From Geosiphon pyriformis uo1 (Eukaryota > Fungi > Glomeromycota), in contig JAAOMT010000681.1 in NCBI GenBank assembly GCA_016748015.1, positions 71,605 through 135,604 on the forward strand: a DNA stretch of 64,000 bases. The letters run 5' to 3'. Numbering within the stretch: position 1 is the first letter of the stretch; each line of letters begins with the position of its first letter. The notes under the pieces were generated by a model. The model was not told where the DNA came from, searched no databases, and saw nothing but the letters and a program-made list of their open reading frames with translations. Shown in pieces: positions 36,266-50,409 of this stretch. The translations under genes were made by a program, and so were the position numbers.

Positions 36266-39200
36266 CCACCACAAAACTTATCTCAAACTGGAACACAAAG
36301 ACTGAGAATGACACAACAAAACTGAAGATTAGCAATGGTTGTCCATCAACTAATTTCCAGTTCTTTCACTCAACAATTAGAACACACTCTTAGAATTTGG
36401 AGATTAGATACACCCAAAACCTAAATTCTCAACACTATTTAAGTCTCATAGTTACCCCAAAAGACACCTTATCCAACAACTAAAAACCCAACCAAAACAA
36501 ATCATTTACCAGCAACATACCTCCAGCCACCATAACTAATAATAAATCACTAGCAGCAATCTTTTCATTTAAATTTGAAGAATCATTACAAACACTATTT
36601 TTTAGTAGAACCATGCTTGAAGAAAAACCCATCACTGCCATGTACACTATTGCTAAAGTCAATAGTCAGACCATAAAACTGATCTTAGATAGTGGTCCAG
36701 CAGGCAGTATTATCACATAACAACTTATAAACCAATTAGGTCACTGAGTTAATCATGCTGCCAGCACCAGAATCATAACAGCCAATGAAGCAACCAAAAC
36801 TCCAATTGGCAAAATTGATAACTTACCTATTGAAATCAATGACATTACCATACTTATCAAAGTTTTTGTAATGGAAGCAACTCAATACCAAGCTTTTATT
36901 GGGAACAACTGGCTGTCTAAAACCAATGTTATGCTTGACTAGAACACTCAAGAACTGCAGCTCAGCCAAAATGGCCACCACACAAGGGTGCCAGCTACTT
37001 GTGGTTATTTCAAGACTACTACTAACAACAAGCTGCTCATCAAATTCGAAGAAGAAAAAAAAACCTACCTGAAAAGCCTACTAAATCTCATGGGCCAACA
37101 CTAATTACAACAAACTATTACCAATACTATCTTGGGATGACAATGGAAAAGAAAAAAAAAAAAAAAAACTTACCAAAAATACTGACCAAATATAATGGAC
37201 TGATGATAACAGTACTAAGCTAATGCCAACTTGAGAGTGAAAAAGGAATAACAAAGAAAAAGAAAAAGAGAAAAAAGAAGAGCCAGCACCAACTATTACC
37301 ACCACCTATATTCCATACATCTATACCCCACATTACCACTTAACTATTGCCAACCAAAACTGGTATGTGTTGATTGTGGCAAAAAATTGTCATTAATGGG
37401 TGTATGCTATGGTGACAATAAGAAATACTTTATGGCAACCAAATTCTACTGCTGCTCATGCATCCTAGAATGCTTTGGAAGACTAAAAAAGCAAAGAAAA
37501 TAGGACAACAAACTATGTCTTGCTTGTGGAGAACAATTACTCGACAAAAAAATGTGAAATGACATTCCTGGATGAAGAGGAACATATGACACTTTGTGCC
37601 AATATATGATTCTCATCAGCAACTGAATAAATTATGGAACTCTCATTATTGCAGCCTAGCACCAAGCAATTTCTTGTTTAGACAGTTACTCACATAATGA
37701 AGACAAGATCTGGTGAATGGCAAATGCGAAAATTAAAGGAGTTACATCCAGCAAAATACTGGAAATCAAAAATAATCCTCCAGAACCAGTTGACATCATC
37801 CTCATTCCAAATCCTAATGCTTTTTTTGACATAAAAACAGGACCAGAAAAATTTCACAACCATTATCAGAATTTAGCATTCACAAAAGAAGAACAGAAAC
37901 AGTGCTTAAAAAAAATTAACATCCAATTATGTAACCACTGTTTAATTCTATGTGGCTTTCAGTATTGTAATAAGTGTAATCTTATTTACAATTCACAATT
38001 ATGCATGATCTACACAATCCAAAAAGAACCAATCAGCAGCTATACATTAAAATTGAAATCAATTTTTAATCTCAGTTCAAACTCTGACAATAACAACAAC
38101 AACAGTTCCAGCTTTATTTAAAATGGCAATGAAAATAACAACAATTCAAATCCCAATTCAAACCCAAAATAATATATCATGCTTTTTGACTTTATCAAGG
38201 AGCAAGAACTGAGATGGTTCAGCAATAATGATGAAGGTATTATGTCAAAACAAACGCATAATACCAATACTGAATTTGATCTGAGATATCCAAGAAAAAA
38301 TGCTATCAAATTGGAATCATATTCACATATCTGCATTAATCTTAAAGTAGCTCTGAAAATTCTAGCAACAACCATAGTTTAATTAGCATCCAGAAGTAGT
38401 TTAGTGAAAAAAAGATTTAATATAAGAGGAGAAATAATTGACACAAAATATGTAAAAAATATCATTGCAATACTACAAAATGATTTAGAAAAGATCTACA
38501 TCATAAAGCCAAACAAAAAGATAACACAGACAATATTTCTGTCTCTGGTTAAAATAGCTTAATTAGTATTAATAGAAAACAGGAAAGAATTAGGGATTAC
38601 AGCTAGAGAAATACAGAAATTCGGATTAACAGATAGAATAAATGTATCAGTTAACATAGCAGAGAAAAAAATTGCTGACAAGAGAAAAATTATTTTTATC
38701 AATCAATCTTTATTCCACTATATAACCAGTACATGGTAGTTATAAAGAGAAAAATAAAAGATCAGGTTCAGATTTTTGAGGCAAAAACGAAACTTTGTAA
38801 ATCAGGAAAAATTGGATTAGTCAATCTATACATACCAGTTAAGAATCACAGTTACATCAAAATTCTTATTTACAACAACATGAAAAACACTATCAAGATA
38901 CCAAAAAGAACTATCATTAGATATTTGACCATTAAAATTGAAAACCAACTGCCAAACACCATTTCAGACTTTCCATAACTGTGTAGATATGTAAATATTA
39001 TATTTCAAACAATATATGAACAAGAAAAATGTTATCTGTTTCAACCAGAACAATTAAAACAGATAAACTTAGAAAATCTAAACTTACTACAACATATGCA
39101 GCTTAAGATATTATTTAACAATTTCAACAATATCTTTGCCAGTGAAAACAAATTTGGCAGAACTAACATAATTCAGTATCAGACCAAGACTGGAGATGCA

Positions 39201-40493
39201 ATGCCAATTAAACAAAGAGCATACAAAATATCTCCAGCCAGCCATGAGATCATTCATCAAGAAATCAATTGAATGCTTGACAACAGGCTAATTCAGTCAT
39301 CAATGAGCCCATAGTCATTACCAGTAGTACTAGTTCATAAGAAAAATAGAAAAATTCACTTTTGTGTGAATTACTGAAAACTGAATAAAGTAATTAAAAA
39401 AAATAGCTATTCAACACCAAAAATCTAAGAGCTATTTAACACTTTTGAAGAAAAGAAATAGTTCTCAACTTTAGACTTAGACAATAGTTATTGGCAAGTA
39501 GCCATGAAACTGGAAAATAAAAAGAAAATGGCTTTTACAACACAAGAAAAAAATTTCAAATTTGAAGTTATGTTATTTGGCTTAATGAATGCTCCAGCCA
39601 CTTTTTAGTAGTTCATGAAAATTTTCTATACTGGACTGCTATAAAAATCAGTAGTCATATACTTGAATAACACCAATGTGTTCTCAAAAACATTTAATGA
39701 TCATCTGCATTATCTTCAACAAGTATTTGAAAGACTCAAATGAACAGGATTGAAATTAAATACAAATAAATACTTCTTTAGCAAAACAGAACTCAAGTTT
39801 TTGGGACATATGGTGAGCAAAGACAGTATCAAAATGGATTCAGATAAGATCAAAATTGTTAAGAACTTTCCAGTACCAAATAATCTCATGGAATTAAGAG
39901 CATTTTTGGGATTTGTTGGATACTACTGCTGTTTTATCAGAGACTTTTCTAAAATAGCTCAACCATTATACCAACTCCAAACAAAAAACACCAAATATGA
40001 ATGGACTGAAATCTAACAAGAAGCTTTTGATACATTAAGAAAAAAGCTTATTTAAGCTCCAGTACTGATCTATCCAGATCATAGCAAGCCATTTATAATC
40101 ACAACAAATGCATCTGATTAAGCATTAGGAGCAGTATTATCTTAAAAAAGACCAAATGAAAAAGAACATCTAGTAACATATGCTAATTGCAGCTTATGTC
40201 CAGCTAAAAAAAACTATAAAACACCAGCATTGAAACACTTGGCTATCTATTGGGCAGTCATGAAATAGAAAAAATACTTGAGTCAAAAATTTGAGGTATA
40301 CACTAATCATAAAAGATTGATTTCAATTCAGAAGCAAAAATTTAGAGACAATCATTATGCTAGATGGAAAATAAAACTTTCACTATTTAACTATACAGTA
40401 TATTACAAAAAAAGAAAAAAAAACGGAAATGCTGAAGGCTTGTCATGAATAAGACAAATCTAAAAACATTTTACCACAAAAATACAACAAAAG

Positions 40494-41876
40494 ATGAATA
40501 TACAAAAATACCAACAACTTTAACATTACATAAATACACAATTGTTCAAGGAAAAATTATCTCAAAAGAAACAAAACAACATAAAACAACAATCAAAATA
40601 TTTTATCAACTATTAAAATATACTTTACCAGAAAAACAAAAAAAATTCAGATTAACCAATCAGAATAATTACAAAACCAAAAAAAGAGACAATATTATTT
40701 AACATAAATTCAGATCCAACAGCAGAACATTTTCACAAAGAAGCAATCATAAAAAGAATCAAAAAAAGATATTATTGGCCATTAATGTATTTAGACATCA
40801 TTCAATATATTCAAAATTGTGATGCTTGTTAGAGAAAAAAAGAAACAAGATTCAGTAAACCATTAAAACCAATTAAAGTGGAACAACCATTTGATTGCAT
40901 TGGAATTAACTTAGTCAAATCATTAATAATAACCAGCAAAGGCAACAGATATATTGCAGTAGCCATAGACTATCTCACAAAATAGCCAGAAGCAAAAGCC
41001 ATTCAAAGAGCAGATGCAGAATCCATTGCCAAATTTGTTCATCAAGATTTAATTTGTCAATACAGATGTCTAAAAAAACTATTATCAGATCAAGAAACTC
41101 ACTTTGTGAATAGAACATTGGCAGAATTAAGTCAAAGATTTGGAATAAAAAAACTATTATTATCACCATACCATTCACAAACAAATGGGTTAGTTAAAAA
41201 GTTTAACAGAACATTGTGTGAAGCAATTGCCAAAATCAGCCAAAAAAACCAGGATGAATAGGATTTGTTTATATCATTAGTATTATTTGCTTACTGAACA
41301 ATAAAGCAAGACACTATACAAACAACACTATTTGAATTAGTATACAGTAGAACAGCAATATTACCAGTTGAAATAAAAGTCAAAACATATTCAACAGAAT
41401 CAATAACAGAAGGAAATTTTCAAAAAACATTGTTGAGAAGAACATATAACTTAATAGAGACATTAGAAAACAAATGATGAAAAACAGCTGATAATATCCA
41501 AAAGTCACAAGAAAAACAAAAAGAAAGACATGATAACCAATTATCAGATAAACCAGTCAAATTCAAGATTGGAGACAAAGTATTTTTACATTGTACTAAA
41601 GTAAAAAAACAATAAAGTAGAAAATTTGACCCCAAATAGAATGGATCATTTCATGTAGAAGAAATTTTAGGAAATAGAGCTTATAAATTAAGGTTAAATA
41701 ACAAAATTTTAACCAAAGCAGCACATAAAAATTGACTAAAACTATATTAAAATATAGTATTAGCATCCACCAGTAATATTCTACAACTGAAAGCACAGAG
41801 AATACTAGTTCAACCAGATAAGATTCTATGAGATCTAGAACCAATCATAGTTATTAAACCAAACACATTAAATTAA
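40494..41876 (+). pseudogene. E4 integrase, separate ORF
   Basis: AAGATG start (MNIQKYQQL); CDAC, SDQETHF and TNGLVKKFN motifs; ends EPIIVIKPNTLN*. Confidence 0.85.
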
Positions 41877-41931
41877 ACAACCAAAAGAGTATATAAAGAC
41901 ACAATATATGCGACAAAAGCAACAAAGAAAA

Positions 41932-42570
41932 ATGAAAATACCAGACCATATTTACACTTTAGTTTAACAATTGTTTCAGGCTTTAAGTTAACAGCAAGTA
42001 AACATAGAAATTATTATTAACAACCAAACAATCTGTTATCAAAACACTAAACAAAAAGGGAAAAGTACATCATACCAGCAACCACAAAAACAATTAATAA
42101 ACTAGTCAGATAAAATAGTAGAGAAAATAAAAAACACTTTTGGAAAGATAATCATTATTATTTCAACAAAAAAACTGACAAAAAAAAATTGGAACCAATG
42201 AATAGACCAACTTTCAATACCATACTGCTACTATTAATTGGGACAAAAAGTAGAGATTCAGAAGTTATATTTTGACAAATCCAAGAGAATCTTCAATCAA
42301 AAGATAATTTAGAATATTGAAGACATTATTTGAAAAAAAACAAACTTGACACTATACATCAAGACCATTTATCAATTACACACTATATTTTAAAACTACC
42401 CAGAAGTATTGTTACACTTAGACATGGAAACAATAATCATCAACCAATGAGGAAGAATGAACAACTCACAAATTGAAGAAATAAAGAGTAGAATAGAACA
42501 GATACTATTTAAAAAAAAAGTATTTGACATAATTCAAAATAAGAATTTTGATGGAACTCAATATTAAAAG
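41932..42570 (+). pseudogene. E4 ORF3
   Basis: MKIPDHIYTLV*QLFQALS*QQVNIEIIINNQTICY...PYCYY*LGQKVEIQKL...IKTIYQLHTIF*NYPEVL, homologous to E1 ORF3. Confidence 0.75.
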
Positions 42571-42580
42571 AAAGAGATAA

Positions 42581-43400
42581 TATTACTTATAAAGAAAACA
42601 AATATAGAAAATAGTAGACCAATAAGAAAGTAGTAGTTAGCACATGAGCATATTGTTTAGCAATATTAAAAAATTAGGGCACATTGCTTAACAATGTGAG
42701 TATTGCTCAAGAAATTATAGCACACTGCTTAAAAATGTGAACAATCTTATAAAACATAAATTAGGTATATATAACAATAGCATTAGAAGCAGAAAAGACA
42801 GACCTCTCAGTTTAGATTTGATTTAAACAACTTTTTACATCACAAAATATCAATAAATAATTATTCAATATCTCAAATTCACTCCCTACTATCAATATTT
42901 CATGTTGATAGTAATTGATACTTAACCATACTGGAACAATAGCTCTTGATTATGGCTATTAACAAGATATTAACATTTATTGCCTTGGCTTATTTTTTTA
43001 TTTTCTTTTATTTTTTTTTTTTTGTTTTGTTATTTCTTGTTGTATATTAATTTGGTTAAAAGATTAAAGTGCTGAGTTATTAACATCAAGATATAGCACT
43101 AGTAAAAGACCCAGGAATAAAAGTAGACACTCAAATTTGAGGATAGCTTATCAGAAGATTGCTGGCCATCATGCCGAGAGAAAAATTAATGGAATTGTGA
43201 TTTTAGGAAGTGACAAACAACAACTACTTAATTCATGGGTTGACACTGGAAACACCATTTAAAGAAAATCATATTGGAATCTCTGTCTATTATACAAAAG
43301 ACTCAACAAAATCCTTCAAAAACCAATATTATTATACCAATTGAGCACCAAGTTATGGGTTTGTTATTTGCTTTGAGACCCCAAATAATTACTTGTAACA
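42581..43400 (+). repeat. 3' LTR of E4
   Basis: TATTAC...TGTAACA termini, following the purine tract. Confidence 0.9.
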
Positions 43401-46400
43401 TCAGATTATCTCTTTTTTTATAAACTTATTATTGTGTCAATTGAATTGATAAGACTTTAAATGGATGAAATAAGTTTTTCTGGTGGTGATAATGTGTTGT
43501 ATTACATAGATTCATCCAGAAGTATCATCTTCTTTTAAGATAACTGGGCTATTGTTAGCCAACAGATTTTTAATGTTTATTTTTCTTTCTTTAGAGAAGA
43601 GTTCTCTTTATTTTATAGCAAGTAATTGAATTTCAGATGGTTCATTCTTAAAGCTTTTTTGTACTTCTCTTAGTTCTTTTCTGGATATCAAACTAATTGG
43701 CTCCCAATCTTTGTAATAGATTAGACAAAACTTGCATTTATCACTAGGAGAATACAAAAGTTTATTATACCAGCACTTGGTACAAGAACCATGCCACCAA
43801 TAACTGTATTTAGCTTTTTTGTTAGATTTTCTGTTAAAGGTTTTTCTGAGTATGTTATAGTAGAGCCAGCAAATCAGCTTGTTATTTACAATAATTCCTT
43901 TTCTGTTAGCTTTAATATTATCTAGTGGTTTGCTATTGCTGGTAAAAATGGTATAAGCAAGTTCAATAGTTTTTTTTTGTTTTTCTTGATTTTTTTCTTT
44001 ATTGCTTTTATTATCATCTGATTTATTTGATTGTTTTTCTTCTTGGTTTTGCTTGGGTGCTGGAGAAATTGTTTAATGATAGTACTTAATTACAATAAGC
44101 TTCTTACTATATCTGATGATTAGTTTACAAAGTTTATAGTCAAGTAATTTTTTGGCTTTTTTGAGCCACTCATTGCCAACAATTATGGTGTACTTTTTCA
44201 CTTCAAATACTTCTATGTTAGTTTTAATGCTGATGCTATTGATGTAAACAAAAACAGCTTTGGCTATGCCCAAACTTTTTTTTTGTTACCATGTACATTA
44301 GTTATAGACTGGATAAAAAGTTCATCAATTTTTCTTCCAATTGCTTTCAAAAAGTGTTTGACAATTACATTAACAAATGATCTATTGTCTAGGATCAAGT
44401 TAATAAAATAACCAGCCACTTGGGCTCTGCAAATAAGAAAAGTAACATTGTTGTTGTTAACAAATCTAGCTTGGCAAAAACATTTGTTCGTCTTTAGTGT
44501 TTTTTTTTTAGAATCAATAATTTGTGAAGATCTTTCCTAAACTGTGAATGAGTTATTAATTAGCCAAATGTAATGTGTGTTGGGGTTTCCATAAGATCTT
44601 TAACAACAGAATAAAGACCAGATTTTTGTACTATTTCTGGAGATTTTAACTTTGAAGAATTTTAAAAAACTTTAGCTTTTGGTGGCTCATTGTTATCAGC
44701 AGTTAATGTGAATGTTTTGTTTGGATCCAGAACAAAATCAACCTTAGCTTTTTTTTTCTTTCTTGTTGATTTAGAGATATTGATTGCTAATTCATCTTGT
44801 TATAATTATTATTAATTAGATTAAAAATGTAAAAAGAGTTTTCTTCTGGTTGACTTGTATTTTCATCTTTTGGAGATGTGCCTACTAATTTAAAGACTAA
44901 TAAACAGTGGCTTCAACTAAGGAATTCTCTCCAAAAAAATTGATGTTGGCATGATTGAGTTTTTGATTAAGAATATTGTTGTTAATAATTCTGTTCTTTT
45001 AATTGTTATTGTTTCTGAAAGCTAGAGGAGACAAAGAAAAATTGTTGCAATCTCTGGAGAAATGTTTAGTTAATTTACAGTAATAACATACAAGTGAATC
45101 ACAATTTTGTTGTCTTTGATAAAGAAATTGCTGAGACTAATTAAAACAGAGTTCAAATCTGGATCTTTGTGATTGTTGATTATTTTTGACAGCTTGGACT
45201 AAGAGTTCCAGTAACTGGGCAAAATTGGCTATGAGTCTATCTATTAACTGTTCATTTGGGTCTTGAGTTTAAGTAGCAAAGAAAATAACAGCCATTTGGA
45301 GAGCAAGAGCCATAACAAAAGCAGATACAAAAACTGAAAATGTAGATCTTAGGTGTATTCTTTGATTATCTTCTATTTTTTGGGCAAGTTTAATAGCCAT
45401 ATTCATTGTGAAATTATTTTTTAGAGCCAGGAAGGGCCAAAGAGCATATAAGAGATCAGTTTTTAATTTTTTTGTAAAGAAATGAATTTTCTGTTCTTTT
45501 GTCCGGTTTTTTCCAAAGTCTATCCATTTGATTAACTTTCTGATTGCTTTGGCATATTTAGTTACAACTTTATCAAGACTTTGGATCCTTTTTTCTAATT
45601 TTATGCACTATTTGGATATTAAGATAAGAGTTCTAAATTTTATTTCAAACCAGGTAATAAAAAAGATATTGTCTTCTTTAGTATTTGCTGATGTCTATCT
45701 AATAATTTTTTGTTGAGCATTAACATTGGTTTTTTGTAAGAACCAAATAGCAAAAAAGCCTTAAAAATAGCCACCAATGATTGAAAACTTGTATTTATTA
45801 TCATATTGGTTGGCTGTGACAGCTTTTTTTAAGTCATCCAATCATTTAATTAGATCTTATGCATTATCTTTAAATAATAGTAATAGGGTATTGTTTCTTT
45901 GTCCCAAAGCTGTTTGTATGTCTTGAAGGACAACCAGAATATTTTGTTGTATAGAATCATTAGCCATTGGTTCAGGAGTAGCTGTTTGTATAGAATATTC
46001 TGATTTACTTAAAAAGAAATCAAAAACAAGAATGGTTTGATAGCTTTTTTTTTCTGTTTCAAAGAGTGTTTCAGTTAGCTGATGGGCAGCAATCCAAATA
46101 TGAACTTGGTAATTTAGGTATTCAAAATCAAAGGGCTGTTGTTCAAATGTTGTGGAATATAAAAACTGATTGATGCTGTTGTTTTTTTCTTCAAAATAAG
46201 CTTGGTTAAAGTAATAAGTTATATAGACTGTGTAGATTTTAGCTGAATGTTTATTCAAAAACCAGTTCCAAAAGTCTTAGAATTGTCTACTAAATTGTTT
46301 TTTAATGGGGAAGCAAATTAAGCAGAAAAGCAAAGAATTGAGTTTAATTAAGTTTAGATTGTTTTTGTTGTGTGCTTCAAAGTATTCTTCTGATTGTTGT

Positions 46401-46430
46401 GACAGGTATAAATAATCACCCATACAATAG
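43401..46430 (-). pseudogene. E3 gag - protease - Cys/Trp motif region
   Basis: ILDNRSF and IIVGNEWL protease motifs; WWHGSCTKCWYNKLLYSPSDKCKFC motif; no dUTPase motifs before RT. Confidence 0.75.
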
Positions 46431-46474
46431 AAAACAAGTAGATTTTGACAACCTTATAGGGAGCACCACTTTTA

Positions 46475-47130
46475 TGTTATGAATTAGAATAACAAGTTAA
46501 CAAATAGCAAGAGAAAACAAGATTATAGAATGATAAAAAAAATCAAAGTGAATTCAACTTCAAAGAACAAATTAAATAAATATAAATTCAATGTATAAAA
46601 TTAGTCTCATAAAATATCTCAGTTGCTATACTTTTTAAAAGATAACTGGAGAATCTAAAGATAAAAGGATAGTCTATACTGTTAACAAATAATTATATAC
46701 TAATATAATTCTATGTCTCACATTAGTGCTCTTAAAATTTAATATCAGGTATTAAATGTACTCTTCAGTCATGTTTTATTCAATAATTTTCAAATACTAC
46801 AATTACATATTTCAGAAAAAAAGTAGGAAATAATCAATAAGTAATCTTTTATTTCAAGATGTTTAGATACTTGAAGATAGGAAAAGAGAAATTAGTAATA
46901 AGAGAAGAATTGAGATAAAAGTTGTTATTTTATTTATTTGATTTCCTTAATTTCTAATATGCATTTCTACAGCTAAAAAATTCATTGCTTATATAGCTAT
47001 TAAAAATAGTCAATAATCAAGTTATTAATCAAGTCAATGATCACTACCTAAAAATAGGGTGGCTAATTATATGACATTAGTAGCTAATATATGTAATAAC
47101 TAATAAAAAGTATGGGTTTTAACTGTAATA
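46475..47130 (-). repeat. 5' LTR of E3
   Basis: Direct repeat of 19445-20160, 60 bp shorter (five fewer 12-bp units). Confidence 0.9.
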
Positions 47131-48175
47131 ATAAGTTTAAAACCAAGTTAGTCAACTTTTTTTCTGGCTGTACTGTTTTTAAAATCAGTAATATAATTTT
47201 TTAGGTTGGTAATTGAACATGTTTTATTTTTTATTTTTTTGATTTTGGTTATTATTTTTGGTTTGCTTTGATAATGTTTGGTTTCTAAATTGATTTAAAT
47301 GCTGCAGTTTTCAAGATTAGTATGTTAAAAAATGTTATATCTGGTAGAAAATTTTTGGTCATTGGTATTGTTTTAAGTGTCAAAAAATAAGTTATTTAAC
47401 AGTAAACTATAAAGTTTCACCACCTTCTTTGCCTAAGGCTCTTAAGATATTCAAATTATGTTTTGTAAATAGTGTTTATTATACTAAAATTTTAGTTTTT
47501 TTGAATCTTATTGGGTTTTTTTTTGGTGGTTTCTGCTTTTTTTTCTGTAGTTGTTGGTAATTTTTTGATTTTTTCTTGGCTAACATTTCTGAAATCTGAT
47601 TTGATTAGATTGTTAGCTTTGATCAAATCAATTATTAAGTTTGTTAGTATATTGGTTATTATGTTTAAGTAATTTATTAAAAATAATTTGGCTTTAAGTA
47701 GTGTTTTTAGTCTTAAGATTAATAAGCTTATAATTTATTTGGGTTTTTTCAGTAAGATTATTGATAAATTAGAAAAAAAAATGGTCTTGTTAAAAAAAAA
47801 GTATTGCATAAATAATATTAGTATATTTAATGACTTAAAAATTTCAATTGGTATTGATAATAATACATTTTCTAACTTAATGTCTCTTTGGGTACATGAA
47901 CCTAATAATGTTAAAATTAATCTTTTAAAAGTGGCTAAATAATTAGTTGGATTGGTTTCTTATAGTGTTTAATTGTTTAATATAGTTAAAAGATATTGGC
48001 TTTGGATAAGTTTTTTTTATTACATTAATGTAGTATAATTTAAATTGATTTAAGTAATTGGTTATATATAAAAAGTACATAAACTATACTTAATTTGAAA
48101 TATTTAGTTTGTTTTATAGTTTTAAGTAGTAATTAGGCCATATTTATTAAATACAAATAAAAAAACAAAAATTTT
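47131..48175 (+). mobile_element. ORF1-only LINE derivative, 3' part
   Basis: Decayed CCHC (CFKCQKISYL at ~47368) and coiled coil, then a 3' UTR (48044-48150) similar to LINE 3' UTRs 17977-18088 and 59958-60070, then an A-rich tail. Confidence 0.6.
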
Positions 48176-48599
48176 TAAATTAATTAATTAATTTTTAAAA
48201 TTATTAAGAAATTTACAAATAAGTTTTTTATTGTTTTTGTTATTAATTAGTTTTTAAAAGTTTAATAAAAAAAATAGTAATTATAATAATATTAATAAAT
48301 TTTTATTCATTTTAACAAAATAAAATTCAATTGCTATTTAATATAATAAAACATTTAAGTATTTTAAATAAATATAATTTATATATTTTTTATATATAAT
48401 TAACTATTTAAGCTATTTAAAAAATTAATTAAGTTAAATCAAAAAAATTTAGAAAGAAAATTTAACTTATAAAATCTAATAATAAAACTATTCATATTTT
48501 AATTATTAAATAAACTTATTTAAAAAAAATTTAGTTTTTTTAATATTTTACTTAATATTAGAATTATTATTTATTACAAAACTATTAAACAATTAATAA

Positions 48600-49700
48600 T
48601 TTTATTATTTAAATATTAATATGTTATCAAAATTTATCTTAGTTTTAAAATTATTAAAGTTTTTAAACAAATTAGCCAAAAAATCAACAAAAATTTTAGT
48701 AATATATTTTATAATAACTAATTTTTTATCTTAAGATTTTTGTGCATATTTTTAATCAAAAAAAAGGTAATTAAAATAACCAAAAAATTAATCAATTTAA
48801 TAATAAACTTAATTAAAAAATTAAATTAAAGATTAAAATTTTAAAAAATATTGTCTAAAATTAAACAAAGAATTAAAAACAAAATTAGTCAAAAGTATAA
48901 TAAAAAAAAACCAAAAAAACAAAAGCATTAACATAAAATTTTATATAAATAAAAAATAAAACAAAAGTCTTAAAAATATTAACACACTTAAAAAAATAAT
49001 AATAATATTTTATAATCTAAAAATAAATAATTTAAATTTTAATATTTATAATAGTAATAATATTTAAAAGTTTTTTATCAAATATAATATTTATGTAAAA
49101 TATCAATTTTTAAAACAAATGAATTTAAAATTTTTCAAACTTAAAAATTATAATAGCAAAATATTAATAACAATAAAAATTAAAATAAAACAATTATTAT
49201 TACCAACTTAAAAAATTAAATAACTGATTATAAAAACAATAAAACCAAAAAATATTAATTAATTTTACTTTAAAAATGTTTTTTAAGATAATAACTTTTT
49301 TTTAATTAAGCAAAAAATATTTTAATACTGTTTTTTATTAGTATAAACTAATAAAAAATAGTAATAACAATAATATATTATTATAAATTAATAGACATTA
49401 ACTTAATTAAAATAACAATATCGAAAATATGTTAAAAAAAATATTATAAAATACAACAAAAATTAAAAAAAAAACAAAAACCATTATAAAAAACTTTGTA
49501 ATCTTAAATATAGTTAAGAAAATAAAATTACCAATAAAAATTTTATTAATAATAACTAAAAAAACATTAAAAACAAAATTTACACAAAACAACTTAATAT
49601 TGTTTTTTAAACCTAATTTTAGTTCAACAAAACCAGACAATAAATTAAACAAAAATAAAATATTTATAAGTTTAAAATGTTTTTTATAATTAAAAACTTA
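48600..49700 (-). mobile_element. Extremely decayed second copy of the ORF1-like element
   Basis: ORF 49407-49652 (LKNNIKLFCVNF) matches KDNIKLFCIKF at ~19048-19080. Boundaries are approximate. Confidence 0.45.
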
Positions 49701-50409
49701 TTGTTTTTATTAAAAGTATATTTTTTATTAAAAATTTTTTAAATTACATATTTTTTAAAAATACATTAGTTTATAAATTTTATTAAAAACTTTTAATAAT
49801 GTATTTTTTTATTATTATATTTTTATATATAAAGTTTTCATATTTTATAATATTTAATATTTTTAAAATACTTATATTATATAAAAATTACAATTAAAAG
49901 CTATTAGTTCAGAATAATAAAATAGAATTACAGTGAACTCTTTCTATAGTCTCTTTGATTATAGTCACTATCTTCTTATAATCACATTTTTTTAAAAACC
50001 AAAACCATTTATATATAATATTATCTTCTTATAGTCACTTTTACTATATATATCTCCTTATAGTCCCTATTCCCACAAATATGATAGCAAAATATAAGTA
50101 ATTTCTACTCTCTATAGTCACATTATAATCATATAATATTAGATATAAACATCAAATGTTATCTTATATTTAATCAAACATGTAAGATATCTTAGATTAT
50201 AAAAGGTGCCAAATATTATTTTAAAATGTTAACTCTATTTTACATTTAAGTATTGCAATAATAAGACTTATATTAATCTATCATTGTTTGTTTTATTTAT
50301 TAATTTATTATTTTATTGGTATAATTTTAAAAGTTACAACAAGCAAATTAGTGTAAAATAGTATGTTCTGCTTTGCCTTGGTGGTAAATATTGAATAATT
50401 ACCCAAACC

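Larger units (their letters stand above)
24097..40463 (+). pseudogene. E4 ORF1 gag-PR-Cys-rich-dUTPase-RT-RH (split by E5 at 26027-36265)
   Basis: Gag CHNCGKQGHLKIDC at ~25747; ILDSGPAGS at ~36682; dUTPase at ~38260-38635; RT/RH ~39240-40460; stop TAA at 40461. Confidence 0.88.
23189..43400 (+). mobile_element. Ty3/Gypsy element E4 (dUTPase family) inserted at the start of the E3 RT
   Basis: LTRs 23189-24034 and 42581-43400; decayed PBS at 24037; PPT at 42566-42580; flanks TTGG/TCAG. Removing it restores E3 EII(R)MKNL. Confidence 0.92.
19445..47130 (-). mobile_element. Ty3/Gypsy element E3 (different family, no dUTPase) hosting nested E4 and E5
   Basis: LTRs 19445-20160 and 46475-47130; PBS TGGTGCTCCC at 46468; RT VYLDDI at ~22790-22808; RH; IN; flanks ATAG/ATAA. 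Confidence 0.9.
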
